Shown here piece by piece: positions 49,265-63,600 of a stretch of DNA of 64,000 bases. The first letter of the stretch is position 1. Every line of letters begins with the position of its first letter. The DNA is from Klebsormidium nitens (taxonomy: Eukaryota > Plantae > Klebsormidiophyceae): contig DF236955.1 of the NCBI GenBank assembly GCA_000708835.1, positions 372,001-436,000 of the forward strand, read 5' to 3'. The notes under the pieces were generated by a model. That model was not told the DNA's origin, made no database searches, and was given only the letters and a program-made list of their open reading frames with translations. Position numbers and translations under genes: made by a program.

Positions 49265-50372
49265 GAGCAAGCAGTGTGCAAGCATAGATGATGTGTACAT
49301 TCGACTCGGAAGGGCAGCTTATAATGACAAATCTGGGAATCGAGCCTTCTGTCGTTGGGATCTCAGTTTGCATCACACGAATCTTGGCACTCTCTAACGC
49401 TAACATATGCTTTCATGACATATTTGATCGCACACTTGTTTTTGATCATTACTGCAAAGAAAAGGTTATCATGGTCGCGATCCATCTGCAAAGACGTTAG
49501 CCCCGGCTCGCCGGTCTATAGATAGATCTCGCTACATGATCGATAATCGTTTCCGCCCGCTGCCGCATGTTTGTGTAGAATTGTATGCAAGCTGCCATAT
49601 GCACTTAAGTCCACTCCCCTCGTTCACTACCGGCTCGCGAACCGCCTCGATTCAAGTTGTCCGGGCACGGCGGCCAACTTCTTGGCAAGACCGCCCTATG
49701 GCTCGATTGCGTCGGCTGGTGCAGAAAGCTTAACATTTCCGAATGAGCTCGGACATAACTACTGCGCACGAAGTATGCAACACCGAGGGCCGGAGAAATG
49801 CTGCGACGAGTATGCATCTTGATCGTACCACATATAACGTACGTACGTTTCAAATCATTTGCAGAGCAACATGGCATCGTAGACTTAAATTCATGAAGAT
49901 CTTCCCGAGCTCGTATACTCTCACTCCAGTTGAAGGATCACAGCTAAAATCGAGTTCTGCCGTCATGACAAGCTTCACAATCTCGTCTATCGACTTGCAC
50001 GTTATCCGTGCCAAGCCAATGAGCGCTCTAGTTCTCGGGTCTTCATGTTACACTGATCTTGCACCTAAGCCTGTTCCCGCAATGCAGTTCCTCTTCGACC
50101 AAAAAGAAGCGCTACCTAATGCCGCATGGACAATGGTACACATTTGACTGCAGGTGAACTCTCGAACCCGTCGCTAAAGTACAAGCATCAAATCGCGGTC
50201 AACCCGCCTACGCCCTCCGCTCCGGAAGGTTGACCGATTCCAATCTGCCTATGAGCGCAGCGCTGGCATCAAGGATCCGAAGCCTAAAAACTCAAAACAA
50301 GTGCCCAAAGTGCCCGCTCTAAACGACAGCCTCTCTCCAGGGGGGTTGCTTTTGCCGCGTTCCGAATGTGGC

Positions 50373-53300
50373 TCATTGGGGGGTGTACAACGCGACTGCT
50401 GCCGCGGCCGCGTTCAGCCAGGCGGCGGCCGCCTTGGCCCCCGGGTCGGGAACCTGGCTCAGCACTTCGGGGGGCACGTAGCTCGAGCGGCCGGCCTGGA
50501 TGGAGAAGAACAAAAGTGAAACACCTGACTGGGTACCGTGGAAATATGCGTAAGATTCTGACGGTGCTCACATTTGAGCACCATGAAGGGCGGCACGGAT
50601 GATACAGAAGGATTTCAGCCGATCTGCTGACAGATGCAAAGCAGCCGAGGAACCGAGAAGCACTCCGGAGCAGAAAGTCGTTGACCTAGGGTCTATGCTC
50701 TTATATTGCATGCGGTCAAATAAAGTCACCCCGTGTTGTTTGTTGCCCCTCTTAAAGATGTCACGGCGATCACTTGGGGCCCCCGTCTCTGTGTTGGCCC
50801 AATGACGAGAAGCGCAGGAGCGTGCGCATTGCTGACCCCTTTCTTTTCAAAAGGGGTTTTAGTGTTTCCAAATTTTAGGGGTTTTTGGGGTTTTTAGTTT
50901 AGAACAGTGGAGCTCACCAGCGCAACCATTTTAAGGGTCTCCTCGGCGCCAGCAGCCGCGGCGTGGGCGGCGGCCACGAAGGCGTCCCCAGGACTCTCCC
51001 GTGACTGCAACCGCTGCGAGCAGAGCAAAAATACGGTTCGTCTGACGCCCAAACAAGCAATCCGTTTTACGCTCGAGCGAGAGGGAGGCAATGAACGCGA
51101 CCGAATTCCAAGTGAGAAAGGGAGCGCTTCAAGAGTCCTCAGCAACGCTTTGCCGGTTCTATGTCCAAAACCAGCGTTCCAATGGCTCTTTCACTCGCGA
51201 AACAGATGCGAACAACATTGACTGAACTTCTTTACAAAACTCGCAACATGATGTGGATAACGCGGCAACAGTTTGTCACGCAGACTTCCGCTCCGCGGCG
51301 ACGTTCCCTCCTTCCACGTGGCACGCTTACCTTGGTGAGGGTTTTGGATGCGGGCAGCAGGGCGTCGAGCATCGTCCGGTAGCCGGCCGCCGCGCCGCCG
51401 TACTTGGAGACGGAGCTCACGGCGGCCTCGAACGCAGCAGCCCCTGAAGCAGAGGAAGCAGATCAAGTTTTGGCTTGAGATACAGCCAGGTTGAGATGGG
51501 TCAGTCTCTTGGGGACGGATGGGGTTATTTCGGGTGTTTTGGTTGGGTACAGCGAGGAACGCGTGAGTTTTAGCTTTAGGATTTTATATCAGTGCGTTTT
51601 CTCGTTTAATTTGTGTTTCAACATGGCTTGAGTCGACCGAAAATCGAGACTTGGCTGAAGCAGCAGGCCAATCCTCACGGATTGCACCACTCCCAGAGTC
51701 TGCGTTAGACCTGTTCTTGCAGGGACGGCTTCTTTGGGTAGCTTGCGGTAGAAAAGTCAGATGGGCAGCTCTTTCAACAGGGAAGCTTCAAAGAAAGTGC
51801 AGGAAGTCAATGAGTCCGGGCTCACAGTCTAGCGGCGACGGCGAGCTTGTGCCGCGGAGAGAGGCGTAGGCGGCGCGGCAGAAGACGTCGTACCTGCGGG
51901 GGAGCTTTCGGGGTCAGCTTCGGTAAGAAGAAGCATAGGAAGTGCGCGAGACAACGCTGCGAAGCTGTTGGTTTTCAAATTCTAATCACAGAGACGCCGA
52001 CACTACCAAGTTGCGGACCGTCAATGGGTTGGAAGGGTGGCGAAGGGAGATAGTCCGGACACTTGCAGTTGAAAGCACGGGCAAAATCTTTGTGGATCTA
52101 GGGGGCCGGGCTTACAAGACTCCAATAGTGCCCCCCATTGCATGCCGCACTGACGCGCCAACCTCCTTCACCGTCTCAGCCGCATCGTTCAGTGGATACC
52201 TGCAGCACAAGACAATCGGTTTTCCGTCGCACTTGGAACACCAAACGCTTGCCCGAGCTATTTCGAGCATCAAGCTCGAGAGAGCTGTAGTCTTCGCTTG
52301 TGACTTCTCGGAAGACAGCGTGGCAGCCCAATCTCTCGTGTAAGGGTCAACCGAAGCAGTTCGTAGCTTTTCTGTAGAGCTCAAACTGGACAGACCGATT
52401 CTGGGCTGGCCCGTTCTATATCCTTTTATTCAAGAAGTCGGTGCTCTGCCAGATGCACTTAGATGCTCAATCGCTGCCATGTCGATCGCATGTATGTACG
52501 CGGGTGCGGCTCACAAATTCCTTTCCAGAGTAAACGATAATAGCAGCCAAGCAGTCGTTTTCAACAAGGAAACTGTCAGAAGAATTAAGAGTGACTGTGC
52601 CTATGATGATTTAAAAGTCGCAGGAACGAAAGGCCGGTTGATTACGGGAGCGCATACCTGTGCCAAATGTCGTCCAGTACTGCTGCCGCCCCCTTCCGCA
52701 TCTGCACTTGGGACATCCGGCGGTCAACCTCCGCTATGCGACCAGCCACTTCAACATACTCGGAAGATTGAGCCAGCTCGGAAACAACCGACCGTGACAA
52801 CACGGCCCCAGTACGTGATGGAAATCCGAGAATATGTGTTGAAGCAATAGCCGGCCACATTCAAGCACGTGAGGCCCTAGAGGGGTCAGATGTTCAGCTA
52901 TGCCCTGAGATATTCAATAAGCCGGGATAGCGTCGAACCTCTCAGACGTCAGACGAACAGACCACATTTTAATCCTCGCACCTCAGCAACAGGACCTCAG
53001 CCCAAAGCCTCAGTTTACGAGTCCTAAGCCTTCTCATTCAATCCTCGATCTCGAGTCTGTTGAGTCAGTGAGCAGTAAGCCCAGTAAAGGTTGCATGGAC
53101 GCGCAGGTACTTGGAAGCGGGCGCGGTTACCAGGCACGAGATGTTCAACAACGCGCTTATTCGTGACTAGGAAAACAATCTTGTCTTACCAAGAAAAAGA
53201 ATCTTTGACCCTTCCCGCCCTTACCGAGGTGCCGCAGTCGCCGTCCCCCGTGCGCGCGTCCCACTCGTTGAGCTGCTGCTCCATGTCCACCAGCGCCTCC

Positions 53301-56300
53301 GCGCCCGCCCGGATCGCCGCTTCTAGCAGGCGCCCCGACTCGCTCAGCTCCGCGGGGCGCGAGGGAGCCTGCACAATATGAGAAAAGACATCGCTGGAGA
53401 GAGCATTTCGAGTTCAACCAGGCGCCCCTATAAGACATGACAGAAGCTCATTTTCCTGACTGGCTCAGTCAGCAGGGCACAAAGGGCTTGCTGACGGAGA
53501 GGAAAGGCGGTATCCCCCCGCTCGACAGGCTGAATGTTACTGTGGGAAAAAAGGTGATGACTTGTATCAACATGCACTCTTGGGTGCTGTATGTGAAAAA
53601 GAGCAACTAGATTGAAGAGATGGTTTGATGGGGCCAGGCCCGCCGCCTTGCCAGTCTTTCATAATGGCATAGGATGCTGCTCATCCGTTCAGACGAAAAG
53701 GGTTCGTTTGATGACTACGTCTCATAGATTGGGAGTTGTGGCTCACGGTTTCGTTGGTGGGGTTGGAGGGCATGGGGACGGGCACGCTGATCATGGGGCG
53801 CGGCCCCCCTGCGCATGAGGGCCAGGCCGGGGCGCGGGTGGGAGCGTCCAGGCGCTGCAGGATGCGGTCGGTAACGCGCAGGACCGACAGCGACATGCCT
53901 GCAACAGAACGAAATGGAGGGTTTAAGCAATGGCGAAGCTGAGTCCATCGTGTAGTCGCTGTGCGAGACTTTAGGCTGTGAGAGGACGAGAGAACTACGG
54001 GGTTGCATTGGACCAGAGTATATAACCCCGGTTCCGTCTAAGACGAGTCCTTCATATCAGCAGACTTGCAAGCAACAGACTGCCTCACGTTTCAAGATCC
54101 GGACAGTCCCATTCGGCTTAAGCGGCCAGCTTCGTCCGAACGAATGCTCATACGGTTGCTTCAGGGCTTGTGTGAAAGGAGCAGCTTGTGTCAGAAGTCC
54201 GCATGAGTTTACTGCAGCGACCAGGGCGCATTCCCATCTCACCCGCCATGTCCAGGGAGGTCATGAAGGAGCCGGTGTAAACGCGCTCCACTGCGAGCCC
54301 GTACTCCACCTGTAGCGTCGCCACCGCCTTGCCCGCCGCAATCAGCAGCTCCATCTGAGGCGTGGCGCCCAGCCTGCGACACGGGGGTGGGGGACGTTAC
54401 CAATCACGAGCGCTCGACGGGTTGCGTCTCCGTCTCGGCTTTAATCAGTCACTTCGTTCTGGCGACCCCAATGCAGTGTTCAGAACTCAGGCACCAAAGT
54501 AACTACGATGATAGGGTTTGCCACCGCTGTCTCAGCAACAACATGTATAGCAGACGTCTCCTTCCAACGATTGAACGAGTAACAAATGTGGAAAACGGCC
54601 GACCTGCTTTGCTAAAGGAATGTAGAAAGCCACTGCAGAAACCTCTAAACTGGCCCCGAACCACGGTGGATAATAGAAGGACTCTATATCCACTCTCGAT
54701 TGTAATAAAATTATGAGGAAGCCCACGATGTGAAAATGGGCATTGAATGAAAAGTTTGCTGTCAGATAGGGCGAGCCGTCCAGCCTGGCAAGCAGTGGGG
54801 CTCGAAACCCTCGTCAAATCGACAAGAGCAGCCACTCCTCACCCGTTGACCATAAGCACAACACGTTCCCCTCGGTCGATCTTGAGATACTGCGTCTCCT
54901 GCAGCGGATGAGCAACGGGAATGAGTGACGAGAGAACTTTCCGCTAGAGCAGGTCCGTTGCCTTTACAGTGTGACAGGCTGGACACTCGCGTCAATACTT
55001 GCGGATTCCCTGTCCATTATTCCGGTCGGCTGAAGAGATGTGCCAGGAAAGAGCCCCTGCAAAGATCGACCCATAACTGGCGAAAAGAATGTGTCAGGAA
55101 TATCGAATTCACTGCATATACTGCCTTGAACCTTTGATGGCCTCTGGTTTCCACTGCGTCCAATCGTGCAATGAGCAGTCGGCCCTAACGGCGTTCAGCA
55201 AATTTTTTGAAACGTACGCTCGGAGAAATAATTGTAAAGGGGCTTTCCCATTGAAGAGAACCTAAGACTTCAGTCTGCCCTTCTTAAGGCTAGAAAGGCC
55301 AGCCTGACGGGTTCACAATCGTTCGTTCCACCGTTCGAGAAAACACAGTAAATCAGTCATTTAGGCTTATAGGTCAAACGCAAGTGTGGAGCAGCGCTCA
55401 CAGCATGGTCAAGATGAGAATGCACATCGACGAGAAACGACATGGCGCCTCACCGGGTCAAGGATCTTTTGCAGGACGTGGCTGACGATCGCATCCACGG
55501 GCTGCACGTCAGCGACAGCGGCGCCGGGCTCCCCGTGCTGCAGCCACCCAAACGGGGGTCCGTTACATCCGGTCAAACTTTCACGTTTGCAGATCCTAAG
55601 AACTTCCGTCCTCGTCTCATATCGTCCGAAGTGTACGTTCTCGAGCGTTGTAGAATATAGCGCCTGGTCCCAGGTTAAGCGGCCGAAGAAGAAAGGACAA
55701 GCATGCTCCTCAACTGGCGGACTACTAGGATGCCCGCCCAGGGTTAGTCCCAAACAATCAACGTAAAGGTCAAACGCGTTGCGCGAAGTTGATCTGCAAT
55801 GCGTCGTCTCACCTGGCATACGCTGATCTGCCGTGCACTCGTACTATCCTACCGTTAGGAAGAGTGGGCTAAAAAGGAAGAAGAGACTTCAGAGATCAGA
55901 CTAATTCGGTAACCGCAAACAGCTGCCTTTGGCATTGCCAGCAAGCCACGTGTCTCAATCTTGAACTAGAGCGGCGGCTCACGATGCCTAGGCCCAATTC
56001 CATCTTGCCCGCCCCCAGCCGGTCCGAGGGAGTCGCTCCAGGCAGCGTGCAGACCATGAGCGCCACCCCCATGGTGCCGACAGCCCCCGCCACGCTCTGC
56101 GCTTCCGCCAAAACGTCCCCCAGGCTCTTGCCCTCCGCGGCAGCTGCTCCGGCGACCTAGCGAGGGGAAAAGCAAAACCTGGACGTCAGACTCTCGCGAA
56201 GCCTGGCGTTTAAGCCTTTGCCGATAGGCTGACAACTTCTGGCCACCTGGCGAGGGGAAGAGGAAAACCTGGACGTCACATACGAAGTCTTCCGGAAGCC

Positions 56301-59300
56301 TGGCGTTTTGGCCTTTGCCGACGGGCTGAAAGCTCCTGGTCAACTGGGATAAGAACAACGGCATCCACGGATTTATAACGAGTTCAAAGAGACTTTGCAC
56401 GGTTATCAGTTGCTCCTACATCAAGTCAACCTGGCTTTGTCACGGGCGGATTTGTTGTGTGCTCCAAGCCGCAGGCCTTCATTGAAAGACGTGGACAGCT
56501 GTCAAGGAGTGCTGCCCGAAGCAGCCTCTGTCCTGGGACACCGCAGAAGTATCAAAAAGACTGCAACGCTTCTGAAGCCGAACCGGGCTGCTATTACCTT
56601 GTGCACGAAGAGCGTGCCGGCGAGACCTCTCCGGCCGGCCAAGCCGCGGGGCGGGGGCAGCGCGCAGTCGTCGCCCACAATCACCATCTGCGAAACAGCA
56701 GAGACAAATGAGTTTGCGGAGATAGGCACATCCCCGACCGTGCTTCCACTCCCTCAACCACATCACTGACTCGTTGAACAGCTCACAGAAACAGGGCGGT
56801 GAAGAGCCGGCAGGCATCTCCTTCAGAGCGACGAAGTCCCTGTCTGGACACTACACGTTGCCATAGTAAAGCATTGTGATTTTGCAGATTTGCGCGGGGT
56901 CAGTCACCTCGACTTTGTAGCCCTCCGCCTTGGCCTGCTCCGCTGCCAGCCCGAAGTTGAGCCGATCGCCCGTGTAGTTCTGCGAGCAGACGCTAAGGGA
57001 CATGAACGGCCGTGCAGGAAAATCGGACAGTTGCAAATTCTTCAGTTGGAGGACAACTGTCTACGTCGAACTCGGGATTAGTAACCATAGTTCCTAGCAC
57101 CTTTCTCTGTGAGAGGACTGAAAGTTTCACCTTCCTCGCTGTGGACGGTTCGATCGTCGGAAGGGGACATTGGACGGTTGAGCAGTCGTGCAGCGAATGC
57201 TTGATCAGAGAGTTGGGTGCTTGATCTGACACATGTAGCTTTTAACAAGGACTGACACGTTCCTTTCGACAGAACAACCTGCCAATACCATTGGCCATGT
57301 CAGTCGAAGAGCTGCCATACGTCTCACAGCCGAAAACGCTCATGACATCCATAAGGCCTTTCTGACAGAGTGGTCGTGTGAGCTTCTAATATCCTGAGCT
57401 GACGATTGCAACGAGGCGGGATCAGGTAACTTCGGTGATTCTTCCAGATGAGATGCTGCTTGTACACCTGCCGCATTGTGCCAAATGGCTTCGCAAGTCG
57501 ACAAGCTCGATTCCCGATCGGGTCTCACCTTGACAATCAAGAGGCACCCTGGTGCTCCCGTCACAGCACGAATGGCCTGCAAAAGGAGACAAGGATGCCG
57601 CTATCTTGACGGTTCCAGTTGCTCCGCGTTTTGTCGAAGTCGGAACAGAACAGGTTTTCACATCTGCTGACCAAATCGGCGGACTGCAAAGTTCGACAGG
57701 ACCCACATCGAATCACTTTAGCGGTGTTCTGATCGGAAGGTGGGGAGCGGGTCAATCATCGTGAACTTACTCACGTGACCCTTGATCAGTCAATTACGGC
57801 TCGTAACGTATATTACTGTTTGAGGATTCCAAAGTGGCATCTTTACTGTAGTAGGTTACACTATGTCTCCTGTGTATATTCGATGTGGCAATCTGGGGCT
57901 TCGGCTTAGGAGCACTCACCGCCAGCACTGCGGCCACAGTGGGCGATGCAAAGATGTCGCCGCATACTGCTGCCGTGAGCATCCCTTGCCCCACGTAACC
58001 TGCGTGCGCCGGCTCGTGACCACTGCCTCCCCCTACAGCCACAAGCAATTCCAATCAAAATACGGATCAACAAAGGGACTGAAAACTAACAAGGCTAGCA
58101 ACAGCTAGTCCATCCTTCGTGCTCTTTCCCAGCCGTGAATTTGGGCGAAAGCCTTGTAAGGGCTCTTGTACGTCATTTTCGGCGGAGCTGCCACTGCCTG
58201 TTTGTCCAATCGCGTCCAGCTCTGTGATAGAAGATTCTTCAAGGAAATTGCTTCTGTCATGCCCTGAAACCGTCAAAAAGCAAGCTCCAGCTCGCGCAAG
58301 TGTCCTATAGACTGCCACCAAATTTGCCTGTTACAAAATGAAATCTATATCAAAATTGGAATCTATAACCGTCAACGAACAAGCACCGAAGCTACCAACT
58401 CATAAGGGAACTGGTCAATCTGATCTCAAAAGTGTACAGATGGTAGACTTTCCACCAGCTGTAGCCGCGCCAGAACCATGACACTGGGCAAAGTTCACCC
58501 GCTAAGATCAATGCCCCTTAAACCCACCGTGGTCGGTTGGCTTGTGTCCGAAACGAATTGCTTGGAACATCCCAGTAGAGAGACCCTCGCTTATCTATCC
58601 TGAGATGATCTCTTTGAGAACCTGTTCTGACCTGATATGACGGCCACTCTGTTGTACGTGCCCCTGGACACATCAGTACGAAGCACAACTTTGACCTGCG
58701 AGTGCAGTGGCTCTCAGAAATTCAGTGCCTGTCACATTGATTACTAATGCTGGCCTCTAAATCAGATAGGTGATGAGGCGTATACATCAGCATCGCTGTG
58801 TGGGGGCACGTTTTTAAACATATGCAGGATTGACACAGGCAACGTTGCAATTCGTCACAATGCTAGACAGAGCCTCTCGTTCCAGAAAGAGTCCTACGAC
58901 CACTAAATATTTTTGGCCTGCTTCAATCTGGACTCAAGTTGGTCATTCGATCGAAAGCTCCAGCTATCATCCAAGTATTACCATTCCGCACCTCTCTGTA
59001 CCCTCTCTTGGCCTTCCCGCCCGACATCAAGCAAACAGCTAAGTGATCACACGGGAAAAAGAGATTCCCAATGTCTACACTCACCTCTGGAAAGCCGTCA
59101 AGGCGTTGCAAGCCCTGAAACGTCTCCACCATGCCGTCAATCATCTCTGTGACACAGTCTGCGAATACAAAGCCACCGTAAGGTCGTCATACATCTTCAT
59201 CTACCAAGAACCACCAGACACTGATGTGACAGCGCCCAAGGCAACTGCGCTGGCGGACAAGTGGGCCAAAAAGAGTGCCCACAAGGCTACTTATGAGCAC

Positions 59301-59771
59301 TCAGCTTTCATGGCTTCCAAACCGTTGGAAGTACTTCGCTACATTTGGGTGCATGGGTGAGGCCACATCCATGGCATATCTCCAACTGTTGTGGAGCACA
59401 GCGCCAAGCACAACCATGCATCTTGGATTGATTTGGCATGTACGTTCTTGATCAACGACACAAACGTGTGCACATTCCACGCGCGACGAACAACTTAGAA
59501 TTAACCGGCACAATCCAAAGGCAGGGGCCAAAGTAGCCAACTAGGAGCAGGCGGTGGGCTCACCGCTGACGTCGTTGATGAATTTCTTCGACGCTCCCGA
59601 CAGCGACAGCGGCGCCATGGGCGACCGAGGGCTGAGTGAAATCTTGGCGGGCGACTGGGGCACATGATTGCCGGGCATGCCCAGGGCAGCCAACCGGGGG
59701 GACTCAAAGGGGCTGCGCCCGCCTTGGGGAGTCCTCCCAACCTGGCCCTGGGGACTGTTTGGAGGGAACAT
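50373..59771 (-). CDS. DAK: Dihydroxyacetone (triose) kinase, DhaK-DhaL fusion, about 18 exons
   Basis: Spliced: KKFINDVS|[25 protein letters not shown]|VKVVLRTD...VAVIS|[19 protein letters not shown]...|[10 protein letters not shown]...|GRRGLAGT...|ELGLGI|HGEPG...|GDGDCGTS...|[11 protein letters not shown]...|[20 protein letters not shown]; stop at 50375-50373. Start is either 59771 or 59618. Confidence 0.97.
50850..50900. repeat. Degenerate telomere-like tract in the last DAK intron
   Basis: AAAGGGGTTTTAGTGTTTCCAAATTTTAGGGGTTTTTGGGGTTTTTTAGTTTAG. Confidence 0.5.
56151..56337 (-). repeat. Tandem ~90-bp duplication covering a DAK splice acceptor
   Basis: Copy A 56151-56240 and copy B 56241-56337 share ACCT(A/G)GCGAGGGGAA..AAAACCTGGACGTCA..GAAGCCTGGCGTTT..GCCTTTGCCGA..GGCTGA. 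Confidence 0.9.
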
Positions 59772-60676
59772 GCTGGCTAAACTTCAACCTTGGCCGCTAC
59801 TCTTGCAAGAGTTTCTTGGCTGCGTCACTGTTGTGTCCACATACTGACCCTATGTGACCTGTTGCTCAGTCTCGCGGTGGTGGGCAGTTGTCCGCTTCAA
59901 GCTGTGCGCTTTTTGCTCTGACTGACTGCAGGGTAGGCTCAACAGCAGGTGGTGTCAGCGTCCAAGCGCTGCTACTTTCGTGCACGCTTTTTCAGAGCTA
60001 GGCCTGCATTGCGGGATGGGAGGACACAATGCATCGAGGATGAAGCCAACCTGACCCTAAGAGATGTGAAGGCCTCAAGATGTCGATACCAACGTGGCAC
60101 CTCTGTTAGAAGCAGAAGCCGTGTAGCCGATGCACGACGCCCTACAGCAGATTCCCTAGCTCAGGTGCATTTGATTACCCCACCTTTCTGACCACCTTCG
60201 AAGCATCTGTATGCGGCTCAGCACTTCATTAATGCAAGCTGCGAAATGTGGGCAGCCTGAGGACGCCGCCCTTTCCAGCTGCGTAGCGTCACGTATCGTC
60301 TTGGGACTGGTGGTACGTACGTCTAGGCGCTCAGAAATCCAGGCAGAAGCATTGACTAAGACATTTTGAATGAGACAAGAAGACGTCTGCTCAGACTCAG
60401 AGTTATGTGCCACCTGTGCTGGCATCTGTTGAGCGGATAATTGAGACGTGCTTGAGACCTGCTGATGTCAGAGGAGCCATCTGCTGACTGGGCGGAATCC
60501 GTTTGCGATCTTCGGAATCTTGCATCACATGAACGAGCGGAATCTAGTATTCAAACACGTGTCGCTACAGGTCAATAGTAAGCGCGCGCGCGTCGAAACC
60601 ACCACTCGCGCGTAAACTTAGGACTAACCTAAATTTCCTAGACCTCAAGTTGCACAGCCATGTGCAGACTCAATTG

Positions 60677-63600
60677 ATGAACAATGAACATGGTGCATGT
60701 CCAATGCGAGCAAGTTGTTGGAACGCGTCAACAATCAAGATGCTCTCTGCTTGCGCCCTTCACGAGACGCCCTGCTTGTCTTCCCTCTTGTCGAAGCTGG
60801 TGAATCGGAATCGCCTCCCCAAAGCTCTGCGATCGGTGCCTCCCCTCGCTGCCCGGCGTCACCTTGCATCCATCCCCCTGAACTCCCAAGCAATCCAGGC
60901 CCCCCTTTCAGAACAAGTTTCGAGGCCCAGCTCAATCTGTAAACGTCCTTATTTCCAGCCGCCTTCCCTGTCTGGAAGGCTTGATTTCTGTGGCAGTAAC
61001 TTGGGTCTGCGCAGTCAGAAAACAATTCACTGCTTAGGAAGAGACCGGCAAATTGTTGGACTTCGGAGTATGGCGACAACCAGTGCAGGATTGGCAGGGG
61101 CTGCGAATGCAGAAAGCTCGCAGCACAAGCACACAAACCGGCTTGCAAAGGAAGAGAGCCCATACCTGCTCCAGCATGCGCATAACCCAGGTGGGTTAGC
61201 CCACCACCATTCGATCAGCGCACCTCTGCCTCTGAAACGAATTCTCTTACCCATCTTTTGACGAAGAAATGCTACAAAAGAGCCATTGTGATGGTGCAGT
61301 TCCCTGAAGGTTGTCTGCTCGCATCAAGGTGCGGGCACAAATGCTTGCTTGAAGAATTGGGATCTATTAATTAGAGAACATCCATGTGCAGTGGACTGGT
61401 ACCCATGGGGCGAGGAGGCATTCGCCAAGGCAAAGGCGGAGAAGAAGCCCATCTTTCTGTCTGTGGGCTACAGCACATGCCACTGGTGAGCACTGGGCCC
61501 ACATCTGATGAATGTTTGTCATGCCAATAGATTTTCATCATGCTAACACCATGCGTAGAATTTTTGGAAAAACGTCAGATGATTGCATGCTATTGTGTCA
61601 TGGCCGTTCCGCAAGTATATTTCAACATTGTATCAAACTTCTTTGTGACTTGCATGATCCTTATCAGTATTACTGTGGTCGGAGAGGCTTGGAGGGGGGC
61701 GATGGGGTGGTGGTGCAGCTACATTTGATCGGTAGTATCTGTCCTTTGAGATTCAAATCTACATAAAGGCAAGGGTTAGTGATAAGGCACCCTTTTGAAG
61801 ATGTTTGAAGGCTTGTAGTTCTTAGGTGCATGTGAAACTTTCTCCACATGCACTTACCAGATGGATACAGAACATGGTTGCTTGCATGTCAATGGAGGGG
61901 GCGCATGCGCTTCTGAATTATCCTTTTCTGAAGAAGGTTTTGATTCAAGCTGAGAACTTGACAGGCACCGACAAACGGGCATCAACACCAGAACCTCTCA
62001 GATGGTCTAGGCCCCTTCCAATCAGAACACTGAAAAGCGCCCCCTGATGTTTCAATGACAGGTGTCATGTGATGGAGCATGAGTCGTTTGAGAGCGAGGA
62101 AGTGGCGGCAATCATGAACGCCGACTTTGTCAACATCAAGGTCGACCGCGAGGAGCGTCCTGACGTCGACAAAGTGTACATGACATACGTGCAAGCCACG
62201 GGCACTGGAGGGGGGTGGCCCATGAGTGTGTTTCTGACCCCCGATCTGGTGCCGTTCTTTGGCGGTACATACTTTCCTCCTAGCGACTCGTTTGGGCGGC
62301 CAGGCTTTAAGTCCATGCTGAGGTGAGGAGGGGCCCATTGTGTGGGTACTGCTGAGTTGAGAAGAGAAGGCTCTCCGCGCAAAGTCAACCCACACGTTTT
62401 TGTCACTTTTGGGTTTGAACAAAATTGTCCCTGTGGCAACTCATTGGAGTTGCGGTTTCGTGTTTACTGTTCAAAGAAGACTGATATTCACGCACAGATT
62501 GCTGCGGCATCTCCAATCTGCAAAGCCCATACATCCCTTTTGGCAGGTATGTATACCGCTGCCACAATGATTGGAAGACCTTGGTCTGAAAGGCAAGAGA
62601 AGCCTCTTCACCCCACCTCATGCGAACCTACATGATCGTCTCTACATTGCGTTAATTCTCAAGGGATCTCACTAACCCACGGCGCCCTTTTGCAGACGCA
62701 TCAAGGAGGTGTGGGACACCCGGCAGAGCGACCTGGTGGAGAGCGGTGCGAGCGCGATGGCGCAGCTTGCCGAGGCGACTGAGAACGTGGCCAGCTCGCA
62801 GGAGTTCCAGGTTGCCACGGCGCAGCAGATTGTCGCCAAGGGTGCAGAAGATGTGGGTGTCGATGCGCAGAAGACCCTTTGTTCTTGAGAGGATGTGATT
62901 GGCTGGTTGAACGACCGAAAGTGTTTGTGCCTTCTGAATGGGATCGTATGCCCACAGCAATGACGAGTAACTGACAGTGTTTGTGATCTCCTGAACGGGA
63001 TGTTTCAGGCCCACAACAATGATGGGCTCGCTCATCCTTATTTGCTGTGCCACAATCTTCGTTTCTCTGCGGTTACACCTCCGATCTGCGAGAGTTGACA
63101 GCAGCCGGGCTTCAAGAGAGCATTTGAGTATGTCAAGGTTCCTATCCGTCTGCTCTTTGATAGGGTCACGTCAACATTGTAAAAAGACGACCTGCGATTC
63201 GGCTTCGTGGAATTGCCCCATTGGCAAATCATGGATTGTGATATTCCCGATAGGATTAAGGCCCCAATCTACATCACGCTCGGGTGTTCAAACTGCCGAA
63301 CTTAACATGGCGTCAACTTCCGTGCAACTTGGTGGATTTTTTTTTTAAAGGCTAGAGTCAGCCGGACGTTGAGTGTGCGAACCTGGCCTTGGGCAGCTTT
63401 TGGACGGCAGAAATCTTGTTCATTATTTCTACGAAGCCACAGGTTGCCCGCTACCTTCGTCACCAGACGATTGCCTCGATCGACCACACCCTTCTTTGGT
63501 CTTCAAACTTATGTTGCTTTCTTCAACTCCAAACCCTTCTTTCCAACCCGTCCGTGAGCTCAAAGCCCCCACGTTCTCCATGCCCAAAGTCTTGCAGTTT

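Noticed and set aside
14739-59771. Glyoxalase plus DAK as a carbonyl-detoxification cluster
   Set aside because: They are about 35 kb apart with many unrelated genes between them.
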